In this document: in pieces, positions 1 through 13,648 of the stretch
Layout: each line of letters starts with the position of its first letter
Position numbering within the stretch: position 1 is the stretch's first letter
NCBI RefSeq assembly: GCF_009914755.1
Contig: NC_060947.1
Direction: 5' to 3' (one strand)
DNA length: 64,000 nt
Source of the DNA: the human T2T-CHM13v2.0 reference genome, Homo sapiens
The notes under the pieces: model-generated
What the model was told of the DNA's origin: nothing
The model's database searches: none
Seen by the model: the letters and a program-made list of their open reading frames with translations, nothing else
Position numbers and translations under genes: made by a program

Positions 1-489
1 ATCAGTTTTAAGATCCTGAGACTTCAAGTGAGCAAAAGTCAACAAATCCTTTAGAAATATATAGTGTAGCAGTATTTCCTCCAAAATTGTTCTGCGTGCA
101 GGGCAAGGAATGTTGGGGGTGAAATTGGGTTCTGAATATTTAAGATACAGTTGAGAAACTAGGATGACCACACAGGTAGCCTAACACAACAACAGATCAG
201 GATAACCAATGTAAAATCATATAGGGCGAATAGTTCTTAAGAGGAAAGTAACATTTATTGAGCATCAATTCTGTACCAGACTCTGTTAATGGGCCAGTAA
301 ATAAAGAGGAGCATCAAGTACTGCTACAAAATTTGGATTCAATTAAGAATGAACAAGAGATAAATAATTTCTTATGATGTTTGTCATCATTCTGTTTCAG
401 AGAAATTAGAGCTATTATTTTAGTATAAATTGACACTTATCCTGAATACGCAAGCAAGCCTCTTTCTAGGCAATTACTCACTTTCTTTT

Positions 490-2642
490 TTGAATTTAGT
501 TTTTATTCTATCAAAGTTATACAAGTACATAACCTAAATAGTTAACTAATGTAGTTCTACAAAACTTGTTAAGATAACTTCTCTGACTCCCTCTCTTCCA
601 TATTGTTTGCCACTTTGAGACAACCAATCTTATTTTTGCAACATCATTGTAGTACTTACCATCACATTGATAAATAATGTATTTATATTGCTACTTAATT
701 TTGGTTCTTTTTTGGCATTATTTTCTTCTTACCATAGAAAATGAGAAGTTAGTTCTCTTTCACAATCTCCACTATACTTCATATGCCCCATCTTATAGAG
801 GAAGTTAAATTTTTCAGTTTTTACATGATTATGAAAAAGCAAATACCTAACTGAGTTGAGCTATGTCGTAAGCTATGTTTGCTTGACCTTTCCTACCCAC
901 ATTTAATTCTCCTCACAGTTACTAATGAATCTGGTTTTGATTGCTTAGTTTTCTGTGTATTTATCAATAATTTGGCCCCAAGCTCTTCCCAGATGTGTAA
1001 ATCTTCTTTCATACATTGAAGCGCAGTTTCCTTTTCTTAATGTCCTTCCCAGAACAAATTTGTGTGTGTGTGTGTCTGTTTTCTTCCCCCTTCTTAGTAT
1101 TTTCCCTTATTTTAGAGGTGCATATTCTGTAGCAGCTTCCTAGGAAATGGTACATGGTGGCACAGTTTTTGAGACTCTGCATATCTGAAATATTTTTATT
1201 CTACCCTTGGCTTGACTGATTCATAGTTTATAAGTATAGAACTCTAGGATGAAAATAATTGTCTGTCAGGATTTTGAAATCATAGTTTCATTGTCTTCTA
1301 GTTTCCAATATTGCTGAGAAATCTGATACCATTCTGAGATCTGAGCCTTTGTGTGAAACACGTTCTTTCTCCCTAAACCTTTTAGGAGCTTTTTCTCTGC
1401 TTCAATGTTCTAAAATTTTATGATAACGTTTTGGTGAGGGCAATTTTTATCCACTGTGCTAGGCACTTATGGGCCTTTTCAATCTGGAAACTCATGTTCT
1501 TCAGGCCTGGGAAATTGCATTAGATTATCTCTTTATTTTCTTCCCTCTGATTTCTACATTCTCTCCTTCTGCAACTCCTATTTTTGAATTTAAATCTCAT
1601 GGATCAATCTATTTTTACTATCTTTTTCTCCTTTTTCTACTTCTTTGACTTTTTGCTCTACTTTCTTGGATATTTCTAGATTTATCTTATGAGCTTTTCT
1701 TATCTGATAAATTATTTTAATTTTAGGGGCTCTTATCCCTTTGAAGATACTAGTACTTTTTAAATCATGTTTTCATTCATAATCTCTGCTTCCTCCAAAT
1801 TGTTTGGGTATGTCTATTTGTTTTGATATTTCTCTTTTATATTGGAGACTTTTTTCAAATTGCCTAGTCATTCTCAGCTGCCACTTTATAATTAATGTTC
1901 TAAAAAGCAGATTGGAAGCTCCGTGTAGAGGATGAGTTTTGTTCACTGTGGCTTCATAGTAGTGTAATCTGGTAAATCATTTCTTGGAGGACACTTGAAT
2001 TTTCTGATCTCCTTACCATAGGGGTTTAGGCTTGGCTGCCAGAATTTTGGAATCTTAGTGGGGAAATAATTATGGGGTTCTTAATAGTCAACATGTGAAC
2101 TTTCACATGATCCCTTTTTAAATATAATAGCCCAAACTTTAGTTAAACCTAGTATCTCTCATTCCAGAGACTGTTTATGTTACCTTCTCTAGATAATTAA
2201 TTTTCATTATTTTTCCCTAGGTAGAGAAAAGGCAGCATGTCCATTACATGAAGTAGGGAAGGGGCTTGAGTTCTAACTTCTCACGTAAATTCAAGCAAAC
2301 TTTTAAAGCTAGTTGTTCCTGCTTTTAGCCCTTCATTCATCTTCCAGGTGTTCCTGGTACTATCCTTTCCTGAGAATTTTGGAGGTACAGTGATAAAAAT
2401 CCGGCTGTTTCTTGGCTTCCTCTACTGTAAGCTTGGGATTCAGCCTTTCTGGGTGTGCCAAGTCAGTTTCCACTCATCCATCTGCTTTCCATATTGCAAT
2501 ATTTTGTTTCCTGTTATCTTCTTTTCTATTCTTTTGGTCCTATTAATAGTATGCCTCTTTCTTGCTTTAATCTTTTTGCTATCATTTTAGTGGAGTCTTA
2601 CGAGGGTAACAAGGCATTCAAGCACCATTTTTAACTACAAGT
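490..2642 (-). mobile_element. Ancient HAL1-like (half-L1) or L1M ORF1-containing element, near full length
   Basis: Antisense L1-ORF1-like text at about 1190-1900 (tatagaactctaggatgaaaat..., tgagaaatctgataccattctg). Reverse complement of 2620-2642 reads acttgtagttaaaaatggtg, like an L1/HAL1 5' start. No ORF2 sequence between ORF1 and the 3' end. Confidence 0.6.
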
Positions 2643-2769
2643 TGGTAGCTCTTTTTTGTAACTTCAAAACAGGATGGAGATATATGATCATGAAGTAAGA
2701 AGCATGAATTTCTGCTGCATTATTCTCTGCGGAAGCATGGAGTAGCTTCTTTTCATCAGTTTAAATTAG

Positions 2770-3060
2770 GCCTCAGCATAAATATCACTTCCTCAGTGAA
2801 GTCTTCTGGATCTGTTCATTTCAGGTAACTCCTCAGTCCTCCATTATTTTCTAGGGCAGTGCCTCACCTTCTCCCGACCCACAGAAATAACAATTTAGGT
2901 TTATTTTTCCATATAATATTAAGGGGATTTGGTCTTTTTTCCAAGCTAGACTGTTAGTTCCTTGAGGGAAGGAAGAACAATATGTCTCTGGCTTACCAGC
3001 ACTTAAAATAGCACCAGGCACAGAGTAGGCACTAAATAAATATGCATTGAATTAAATAAA
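2770..3060 (+). mobile_element. L2 LINE 3' end
   Basis: tcacttcctcagtgaag...ctagactgttagttccttgaggg...caggcacagagtaggcactaaataaatatgcattgaat matches the L2 3' terminus. Confidence 0.75.
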
Positions 3061-4159
3061 ATATAGAGCTTTCTCTAAAGTGACATTGAAATGCTGCCCC
3101 AAACCTTTTCAGTGATAGATCAAAACAGAAAACGGCGAAACAAAACAAAACAGAAATGAATAAGGCTCAGTTTTATAGAAGACAGCTATTTATTTCTCAA
3201 TCCTCAATTATAATCTAGTTTTCCCTTCTTGCACTGATCCCATAAGCATTAGTCCTATATGTTGTTGTGTTATCAGTTAAGGAATCAGAGAAGGCCAGAA
3301 TCAATAAAAATTCTGTCTAGCTTTTGTAACAAAAGTTCACAAAGCCTCAGATTTTTCTGGCCTCTCAAGTTCTGCATTAGCAGGACTTTTTTTTAATTGA
3401 ATATGGCCTATGAAGGGGAAAAACATTTTTGGAGCTAGAAAATGTTTGAATTGCTGCAGTATTAGAAAAGAAACCAATTTATAGAATGGCACAGCTGTTC
3501 ACTGTATGATCATTATGATCCTTGTTATTTGGGTGCTGGTTGATATTTATATCTAATTAGCTCTCTCACACACCATCAAGCAATCTGCATTTTGGGAATA
3601 GAGAAAAACTAAAATATATAGAGTTCCAAGCTGCCAAAAACATATAACAGAATGAATACAGGTTTAATTCACTGCAGACCGATTATTAACAAACCACTGA
3701 AATTAGTTAGTTTGCATTTTTACTTGTGTGTGTGTGTGTTTTATAGGAGATGAGAAAGCAACAGGAATAAACTTCAGAAATTATTTTCTATCTTAAATGG
3801 TTGACACTTTTTTCTTATTGCTCACTGACCTTGGAGAGCTGGACTGCTGTCAAAATGAGATTTTGCAACCCATTGCCTCATTGATGTCTATTTATTGGTA
3901 TACATATAACATTTTATAATACATTAATAAAAATGTCAGTTCTTAGTTCTCTGTTAGCAACTTATGTGTTTCACAACTAAAGTCATGTTTCTGCTATAGT
4001 ACCATGCATAAAAAACACTTATGGACAGTTTAGTGTTTATGAAAACACAAGTGATAACAACTAGGTTTTAACAAACTATATTATCATATATTAATGAGAA
4101 AAGAAAACATTATGATGACTCCACTAAGTTATCACATTACATTTTTGTTCCATTTCCCA

Positions 4160-5357
4160 TTTTAACTTTTTGTTTTGAAATAATTTTAGATTTACAGAGC
4201 AATTGCAAAGGTAGTACAGAGATTTTATGGACCGAATGTTTATGTTCTCCCAAAATTAATACATTAAAGCCCTAACCTTCAGTGTGGCTTTATTTAAAGA
4301 TGGAGCCTCTAAAGAAGTAATTAAGGTTAAATAAGGTCATAAGGGTGGGGACCTGATCTGATAGGACTAGTGTCCTTATAAGAAGAGACACACAAAACTC
4401 ACATGATGTCTCTTTCTCCTCTTGCCCATGTGCAAAGGAAAGGTCATGTGAGGACATAGCAATAAGGCAGCCGTCTACAATCTAGGAGGAGAGCCCTCAC
4501 CAGAAACTATCCATTTTGACACCTTGATCTCAGACTTCTGGTCTGCAAAACTGAGAAAATAAACTTCTGTTGTTTAAGCCACCAAGTCTATGGCATGTTG
4601 TGGCAACAAGAGCTGACTTAAGAGAGTTCCCATATACCTTCCACCCAGATTCTTATAATAACATCATATATAACCATATTACACTTATCAAAATTAATAA
4701 ATTAACATTGGTACATACTGCTAACTAGACTGTAAAATTTACTCAAATTTACTCAATGTTTGCACTAAAGTCCTTTTGCCGTTCCAGGATCCAATCCCGG
4801 ATACTACATTGCATTTAGGTGTTGTGTCTTCTAGATCTCTGTCAATATGTGACAGCTTCTCAGTTTTTCCTCATTTCATGACCTTGACAATTTTGTTTAA
4901 TGTTTTCTCATGATTGGTCTGAGGTTATAGAATTAATGATATATATTAAAAGAGATGACATCACTTTCTCATTGCATCATATCAGGGGGTCAATACCTTC
5001 AATAAAGCTTATTACTGATGATGTTAACCTTGATTCAGTGTGGCTGGATTTAGTGACCGTCAAAGTGGTGTTGCTAGGTTTCTACACTGCAAAGTTACTA
5101 TTTTTATTTTTCTGCACTATTTTCATAAATAGTCTCTAAATCCAGCCATATTCAAGGGTAGGGGAATTAAGTTCTACCTGCTATGGAGAAGAGTATCAAA
5201 GCATTTTTGAATGTGCATTAGGAAACAATCACAGTAATTCATATTTTGGGGAAGAAACTGAGATTAAATACATATCCTCTTTCTCCTTAAAGTTTTACCA
5301 CTAATTTTACCATTCATCCATTGATATTGCCTGCATGAATTACCATTGTGATATTCT
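4160..5357 (-). mobile_element. Old L1 (L1MC/L1MD-type) 3' region, part 1, interrupted by MLT1A and L1MA
   Basis: ttttgaaataattttagatttacagag..., ccaggatccaatcccggatactacattgcatttag; resumes at 12738. Confidence 0.75.
4223..4621 (+). mobile_element. MaLR solo LTR (MLT1A family)
   Basis: tatggaccgaatgtttatgttctcccaaaatt...aataaacttctgttgtttaagccaccaagtctatgg...gctgactta; the host L1 reads through on both sides. Confidence 0.85.
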
Positions 5358-8300
5358 TTTTCTATTTATTTTGTGGGTACATACTATGTGTATATATTCG
5401 TGGGGCATATGAGATGTTTTGATACAGGCATAATAATCACATCATGGAAAATGGGATATCCATCACCTCAAACATTTAGCCTTTGTGTTACAAACAAACC
5501 AATCACACATTTTTAGTTACTTTTAAATGTACAGTTAAATTATTATTGACTATAGTTACTCTGTTGAGCTATAAAATACTAGGCCTTATTCATTCATGCT
5601 AACTATCCTCACCTCCATCCCACTCCCACCCCCGCAACACTCCCAGCCTCTGGTGACCATCCTACTCTCCATAGGTTCAATTATTTGGACTTTTAGATCC
5701 AACAAATAAGTGAGAAAATATAATGTTTGTCTTTCTGTGGCTGGCTTATTTGACTTAACATAATGACTTCCAGTTCCATCCATGTTGCTGCAAATGACTG
5801 AATCTCATTCTTTTTTATGGCTGAAGAGTACTCCATGGTATACAAGTACCACATTTTCTTTATCCATTTATTTGTTGATGGACACTTAGGTTGCTTCCAA
5901 ATCTCGGTTATCGTGAACAAAACTGCAACAAACATGGAATTGCAGACATCTCTTTGATATACTGATTTTCTTTAATTTGGATATTTACCCAGCAGCGGAA
6001 TTGTTGAATTGTGTGGTAGCTCTATGTTTAGTTTTCTGAGGAACCTCCAAAGTGTTCTCCATAGTGGTTGTATTAATTTACATTCCCACCAACAGTATAT
6101 GAGAGTTCCCTTTTCTCCACATCCTTGCCACCCTTTGTTAATGCCTGTCTTTTGGATATAAGCCATTTTAATTGGGGTGAGATGATATCTCATTGTAGTT
6201 TTAAGTTGCATTTCTCTGATAATCAATAATGTTGAGCACCTTTTCATATGCCCATTTGCCACTTGTATGTCTTCTTTTGAGAAATGTCCATTAAAATCCT
6301 TTGCCCATTTTTTTGATTGGATAATTAGATTTTTTTCCCATAGAGTTGTTTGAGCTTCTTATATATTCTGGTGATGAATCCCTTGTCAGATGGGTAGTTT
6401 GCAAATATTTTCTCCTATTTTGTGGGTTGCCTCTTCACTTTGTTAATTATTGTTTCCTTTGCTGTGCAAAATCTTTTTAAATTTATGTGATCCCATTTGT
6501 CCATTTTTGCTTTGGTTGCCTGTGCTGGTGGGGAATTACTTAAGAAATCTTTGCCCAGAGCAAAACCTTGGATAGTTGCCCCCAATGTTTTCCTGTAGTG
6601 GTTTCATAGTTTGAGGTCTTATATTTAAGTCTTTATTCCATTCAGATTGATTTTTGTATATGGTGAGAGGAGATAGGTATCTAGTTTTAATCTTCTGCAT
6701 ATGAATATCCAGTTTTCCCAGCACCATTTGTTAAAGAGACTGTCTTTTCCCCAGCATATGTTCGTGGCACCTTTGTTGAAAATGAGTTCACTATAGGTGT
6801 GTGGATTTGTTTTTGGGTACTCTATTCTGTTCCATCGGCCTATGTGTCTGTTCTTATGCCAGTACCATGCTGTTTTGTTTACTATAGCCCTGTAGTATAA
6901 TTGGAAGTCAGGCAATGTGATTCTTTTAGTTTTATTCTTTTTGCTTAGGATAGCTTTGGCTATTCTGGGTCTTTTGTGGTTCCATAGATATTTTAGGATA
7001 GTTTTTTTCTGTTTCTGTGAAGAATGTCATTGGTATTTTGATAAGGATTGCATTGAATCTGTAGATTGCTTTGGGTAGTATGCACATTTTAACAATATTG
7101 ATTTTTCAATCCATGAACATGGAATATCTTTCCATTTTTTGGTGTCTTCTTCAAATCTTTTCACCAGCGTTTTATAGTTTTCATTAAAGAGAGCTTTCAC
7201 TTCTTTGGTTAAGTTAATTCCCATATATTTTATTTTATGTATGGTGATTGTAACTAAATTTATCAGTTGTAATAGTTTTTTTTGTGGAGCTTTTAGATTG
7301 TTCCAAACATAAGATCATATCTTCTGCAAACAAGAATAATTTGATTTCTTCCTTTCCAATTTGGATGCCTTTTATATCTTTCTCTTCTAGCTAGGACTTC
7401 TGGTACTATCTTGAATAACAGTGGTGAAAGTGGGTATCCCTGTCATGTTCCAGATCTTAGAGGAAAGGCTTTCAGTTTTTCCTTATTCAATATGATACTA
7501 GATGTAGGTCTGTCATTTATGTCTTTTGTTATGTTGACATATGTTTCTTCTATACCGAGTTTTTTGAGGGTTTTTTTCATGAAGAGATGTTGAATTTTAT
7601 CAAATTTTTTTCAGCATAAATTAAAACAATCACATGGTTTTTGTCCTTCATTGTGTTGATGTGATGTGCCACATTGATTTGCATAAGTTGAACCATCCTT
7701 GCATCCCTGGGATAAAATCTCACTTGGTCGTGATGAATGGTATTTTTAATATATTATTAAATTTTGTTTGCTTGTAATTTGTTGAGGATATTTGCATAAA
7801 TATTAAATTGGTGATATTGGCCTGTATATTCCTTTTTTTGATGTGTCTTTGGTTTTGGTATCAGGGTAATTTTAGCTTTGTAGAATGAGTTTGGAAGCAT
7901 TCAATCCTCCTCTACTTTTTGATATAGTTTGAGTAGGATTTGTGTTAGTTCTTTAAATGTTTGATAGAATTTAGCAGTGTAGCCATTGAGTCACAGGCTT
8001 TTCTTCAGTGGGAGACTTTTTATTATATTTTTTAACTTTTATTATAATACTTTACTTGTTACTTGTTATTGGTCTGTTCAGGTTTTGGATTTCTTCATGG
8101 TTCAATCTTGGTATGTTTTCTGTGTCTAGGAATTCATCCATTTCTTCTAGATTTTTCAACTTATTGGCATATAGTTGCTTAAAGTAGCCACTAATGTTCC
8201 CTTGAATTTCTGCAGTATCAGTTTTAATGTCTCTTTTTCCATCTCTGATTATATTTGGATCCTCTCTCTTTTTTTATCACATGGTCAAGCTAAAAGTTTG

Positions 8301-11300
8301 TTGATTTTGTTTAACTTTTAATAAACAAGTTTTTGTTTCATTCATCTTTTATACTTTTTTTCATTTCAAATTCATTAATTTCTGTTCTGATCATTATTAT
8401 TTCTTCTCTTCTACCAATTTTGGGTTTGGTTTGCTCTTGCTTTTCTAGTTCTATAAGTTGCATAGTTAGGTTGTTTACTTGAAATTTTCATTCTTTTTTG
8501 ATGTAGGTGTTTATAGCTATAAAATTCCCTCTTAGCACTGCTTTCCTGCATCTCGTAGGCTTTGATATGTTGTGTTTCTATTATCATTTGTTTCAAGAAA
8601 ATTTTCAATTTCTTTCTTAGTTACTTCATTGATCCACTGGCCATTCAGCAGCATATTGTTTAAATTCCATGTATTTTTATAGTTTTCAAAATTCCTCTTG
8701 TTGTTGACTTCCAATTTTATTCCATTGTGGTTACAGAAGATGCTTGACATTATTTCAATTAAAAAATGTTTTAAGACTTGTTTTGTGACCTAACATATGA
8801 TCCTTGAGAATAATCCATGTGCTAAGGAAAAGAATGTGTATTCTGCAGTTCTCAGATGAATTGTTCCATAAATATCTATAAGATCTACTTTGTCTATAGT
8901 AGAGATTAAGTCAAATGTATATTTGTTGATTTTCTGTCTGGAAGATCTGTCCAATGCTAAAAGTGGGGTGTTGAAGTCTCCAGCTATTATTGTATTGGGG
9001 CCTATCTCTCTCTCTAATAATATTTGCTTTATATATCTGGGTATTCCAGTGTTGAGTGCATATATATTTACAATTGTTATAATCTCTTGCTGAATTGACC
9101 CCTTTATTATTATATACTAACCTTGTCTCTTTTTATAGTTTTTGTCTTGAAATGTATTTTGTCTGACATATGTAAAACTACTCCTGCTCTTTTTGGGTTT
9201 CCATTGGCATGGAATATATTTTCCATCCTTTTATTTTCAGTTTATGTGTCTTTATATGTGAAGTGTGTTTCTTGCAGGTAACAGATTAATGGGTTTTGCT
9301 TTTTCATCCATTCAGCCACTCTGTGTATTTTGATTGGAGAGTTTAGTCCATTTATATTCAATGTTATTATTAATAAGTAGAGAGTTATTCCTGCCATTTT
9401 GTTGTTTTTTGGTTGTTTTGTGGTCTTCTCTTCCTTAATTCTTTCATTCCTGTCTTCATTTTAGTGAAGGTGATTTTTCCTCTTGTGATATGATTTAGCT
9501 TCTTGCTTTCTACTTTTTGTGTATCATTTATATGGTTTCTGGTTTAAGGTTACCACGAGGCTTGCAAATACTATAACACATTAGTTTGACTGAAAACAAC
9601 AATATTTGCATAAACAAACAAATAAGCAAGAAAAAAACTAATAAAGACTCTAAGTCTTAACTTTGTCCCCATTTTTTAAATGTTTGTTGTTGCTATTTAT
9701 ACCTTTTTGCGCTGTGTCTTCAAAAGTTATTATAGTTATTTTTGACTCTTATTTAGTCTTTCTACTTACGATAAGAGTAATTTACATGCCACAGTTACAG
9801 TTTTATGATTACAGTGTGTTTCTCTGTGTGCTTACTATTACCAGTGAGTTTTGTAACTTTAGATAATTTCTTATTGCTCATTAACATTTTTTTCTTTCTG
9901 ATTGGAGTGATTGTTTTAGCATTTCTTGAGGACAGGTATGTTGTTAATGAAATCTCTCAGCTTTTGTTTGTCTGGGAAAGTCTTTATTTTTTCAAGTTTG
10001 AAGGATATTTTCACTGGATATACTAGTCTAGGGTAAAAGTTTTTTCCTTCAACACTAATTATGTCATGCCACTCTCTCCTGGCCTGTAAGGTTTCCATTG
10101 AAAAGTCTGCGCTGCTAGACGTGTTGGAACTCTATTGTATATTTGTTTCTTTTTTCTTGCTGCTTTTAGAATCCTTTGTTTATCTTTGACCTATGGGAGT
10201 TTGACTACTAAATGCCTTGAGGTAGTCTCCTTTGGGTTAAATCTGGTTGGTATTCTATCAACTTCTTGTACTTGGATATTGATATCGTTCTCTAGGTTTG
10301 GGAAGTTCTCTGTTATTATCCCTTTGAATAAGCTTTCTACCCCTATCTCTTTCTCTACCTCCTCTTTAAGGCTAATAACTCTTAGATTTGCCCTTTAGAG
10401 GCTATTTTCTAGATCTTGTAGGCATGCTTCATTATTTTTTATTCTTTTTTCTTTTGTCTCCTCTGACTGTGTATTTTCAATTAGCCTGTCTTCAGGCTCA
10501 CTAATTCTTTTTCCTGCTTGATCAATTCTGCTATTAAAAGATTCTGATGCATTCTTCACTATGCCAATTTTATTTTTCAACTTCAGAACTTCTGCTTGAT
10601 TCTTTTTTATTATTTCAATCTGTTTGTTAAACTTATCTGGTAGAATTCTGAAATGTCAATTCAAATATTTTGCCCATTTAAAAATCAGTTTATTAGATTT
10701 TTTTCTATAGGGTTATTTGAGCTCCTTATATTTTCTGGTTATTAATCCTTTGTCAGATGGGTAGTTTGCAAACATTTTCTCCTATTCGGTGGACTGTCTC
10801 TTCACTATGTTGATTGTTTCCTTTGCTGTGGAGAAGCTTTTTAACTCTATGTGATCCCATTTGCCCCTTTTTGCTTTGGTTGCATGTGCTTGTGGGATAT
10901 TGCTCAAGAAATTTTTCCTCCTTGGGAAGGCTTTCCAGATATTTGAAAAGACTTGCATGTTGCAATTTATGCTGTATCTTCTTTGAGGGGGGGACCCCAA
11001 CCTCATTAATGCTGTGGTTCTTGCAGACTTGTCAAGGTACTGCCTTGATGGTCTTGTCCAAGATCTGGAAGAATTCTTTAGATTACTAGGCAAAGACTCT
11101 TGTTTTCTACCCTTACTTTCTTCCAAACAAATGGAGTCTCTCTGATCTGAGCTACCTGGAGCTGGGCATGCAGTGACACAAGCATCCCTGTGGCCACCAC
11201 CCCTAGGATTATGCTGAGTTAGACCTGAACCCAGCACAGCACTGGGTCTCTCCCCAAGTCTGCTGTAACCACTCCTTGGCTGCAACCACCTATGATTGCT

Positions 11301-12737
11301 CAAAGCCCTGGGAGTCTACAATCACCAGGTGGCAACACCAGCCAGGCCTGTCACTCTCTTCAGTGCAGCAACTTCCCCCATGCCCCAGGTGGGTCCAGAG
11401 GTGCCTTCTGTGAGCCAGGGACTAGAGTAAAAAATCTTAGAACTCTACCTGGTGTTCTACTGTACTGCAGCTGAGCTGGCACTCAAACCACAAAACGTAG
11501 TCCTTCCCACTCTTCCCTCCCTTTGGCTACCACAGGCTCATGGGGAGTACTGCCAGACTGCCACTGGTATTCCCTTAAGGCCCCATGGATCTTCAGTCAG
11601 CTTGTGGTAAATGCTGCCTGGCAAGGGACTCATCCTTCTGGGGAACTGGCTCACCTCTGGCCCTGGGCAGGTCCAGAAATGCCATCCCGGAACTACGTCC
11701 TGGATTCGGAAACCCCAAGTGCCCATTTGGTGTTCTAGGTCCTGTGGCTAAGCTGGTATCTGAAGTCAGCAAGTGTCAGAGTCTCACCCAAAGCCCTTCA
11801 TGAAGCATCTGGGTATTGCTGCTGGTTATTCAGGGCTCAAGGGCTCTTCAGTTTGCAGGTGGTGAGAACTGCCAGGACTGGGTCCTTCTTTTCAAGGAGT
11901 GGGTTCCCTTCTGGCACAGGGTTTGTCCAGAAATGTCCAGGAACTAAGACCTGGAATGAAGGCCTCTTGACTCTGGCCACTACCCTATGCTGCTGTGGCT
12001 GAGCTGGTACCAAGATGCAAGACAAAGTCCTCCCCACCATTCCATCTTCTCCCCTCAAGTGGAAGGAAGAGGTCTCTTTTGGTGCTGTGAGCAGTGTAGC
12101 CTAGGTTTAGGGTAGGGGTGATGCCAGCACGCCGTTTGCCACCATGGCTGGTGTCTCAGTAGGTCATGTGCTCCCCAGTCCACTGTCTCTGAGCCCAGTT
12201 GAGCCCTAGAACTCACATAGGTGTTATAGTACTTGTGGTCTAGATTGCCTTTCAAGTTTATTTGGGGTTGAGAGCATGTTAGCCCATGGTGGTAAGGCTT
12301 GTGGGAACTAAAATTCCAACCACTGGGATCAGTGATTTCCCTCTTGCTCGGACTGGTTTAAATGCTCCTTCTGTGGGCAGGCATCAGCTGAGGTTGGTCT
12401 GGTTTTGCTTTCTGCTGTGATAGAACTGCACTGAGTTCAATGCCTCACAAGTACTGGCTCTCCTTCTCGCCAGGACACAGAAATGCTCTGCCCCCCACAC
12501 TGCTGCTGCCAGGGGGCCCAGGAGGGATGGCATCAGTGATTCAGGACTGTTTAGTCTACCTCTTCAGTGCCTCTTTCAGTGATATGAAGTTAAAACCAGG
12601 TACTGTGAATGCTTACCTGACTTTTGGTTCTTACAAAGGTGTTTGTTTGTATGTGTGTGTAGTTGTTAAATTGATGTCCTTGCGAGAAGAAAGATCTGTA
12701 TAGCCTTCTATTCCACCATCTTGCTCTATCCCTCTTC
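5358..12737 (-). mobile_element. Near-full-length degenerate L1MA (L1MA2/3-like), about 7.4 kb
   Basis: L1MA 3'UTR at 5358-5800; ORF2 remnants ([29 protein letters not shown]); ORF1 remnant (LQARREWHDI..YPVKISFK); GC-richer 5'UTR at about 10920-12737 whose end reads ggaagagggatagagcaagatgg on the minus strand; degenerate TSD taccattgtgatatt / tatcactgtgatact. Confidence 0.92.
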
Positions 12738-13138
12738 CTATCACTGTGATACTAATGGTGATTTTCTAGTTTCTTTATTTATTTTACATTTATTAATTGG
12801 AATTTTTCTGCAAGGAAGATTTATCCCTTCATCCCTATTATTTACTTATGTTAGTATGGACTCTCAGATGTTTATTTTATTCTTTGGGCTATAATCCAAT
12901 ATTATTATTTATTTCGTTACTCAAATTGTTCCATCTTTGGCAATTGGGATGTCTTTTAGACTGACTCCAATGTCCTTTTCTTTCTTTTGTTTTTCTTCTT
13001 GAGTTCTTCCTTACTTTCATGAACCACAAGATACTACAGGTACAGTTTCTATTTTCTCTGACCTAGCCCTAGAATCAGCCATTTCTCCAAATATCCTTGG
13101 TTGCTTATATTGTGTGTATGTATGTGTGTGTGTATGTA

Positions 13139-13174
<36 letters not shown>

Positions 13175-13490
13175 CACACACACACAAACGTGACTTCATA
13201 CTGATATCTCCAAGTCTAATCTAGTACCACAGGGTTCATTCTAGCATTCCTCCTTGTTTATTTCCTCAGACAGTGTGAAACCTGATTCAATTATCTACAA
13301 TATATTTACTCATTTGTTCAAACCTATTATACGAGTAATTTCAGAATTGCTAATTCCTTTTACTGTGAGAAACCAATTTATCAGCAAAAGCCCATTTTGT
13401 AGTTTTTTGTTTTCATTTTTTTTGTATTTAGCCTAACACTGTCTGTTCAAAACACTGTTTTACAAAGTTGCTTAGGTCAACTCCTTTCTT
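12738..13490 (-). mobile_element. Old L1 (L1MC-type) 3' region, part 2
   Basis: Continues the element cut at 5357 (ctcaaattgttccatctttggc, ctagaatcagccatttctccaa). Confidence 0.75.
13110..13186. repeat. Compound (TG)n(TA)n(CA)n microsatellite
   Basis: Directly visible. Confidence 0.95.
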
Positions 13491-13504
13491 CTCCAAGCAC
13501 CTTT

Positions 13505-13648
13505 AGAAAGTATCCCAAACCCTATTCTAAGAGATTTTTTTTCAGTAGTTTTTGGGCGTGGCTCTGGAATTTTTAGTTTTAATCAGCATCCCAGTGATTA
13601 ATATACAGATAAACCTTGGACCTCAGTTTGTGATTTACTGATCTAGGA
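13505..13648. mobile_element. MER5-like hAT DNA transposon fragment
   Basis: tcagtagtttttgggcgtggctctggaatttttagttttaatcagcatcccagtgatt resembles the MER5 core. Confidence 0.55.

Noticed and set aside
10782-11303. Longest ORF (173 aa) as a gene
   Set aside because: Chance read-through across an L1 5'UTR/ORF2 rearrangement junction
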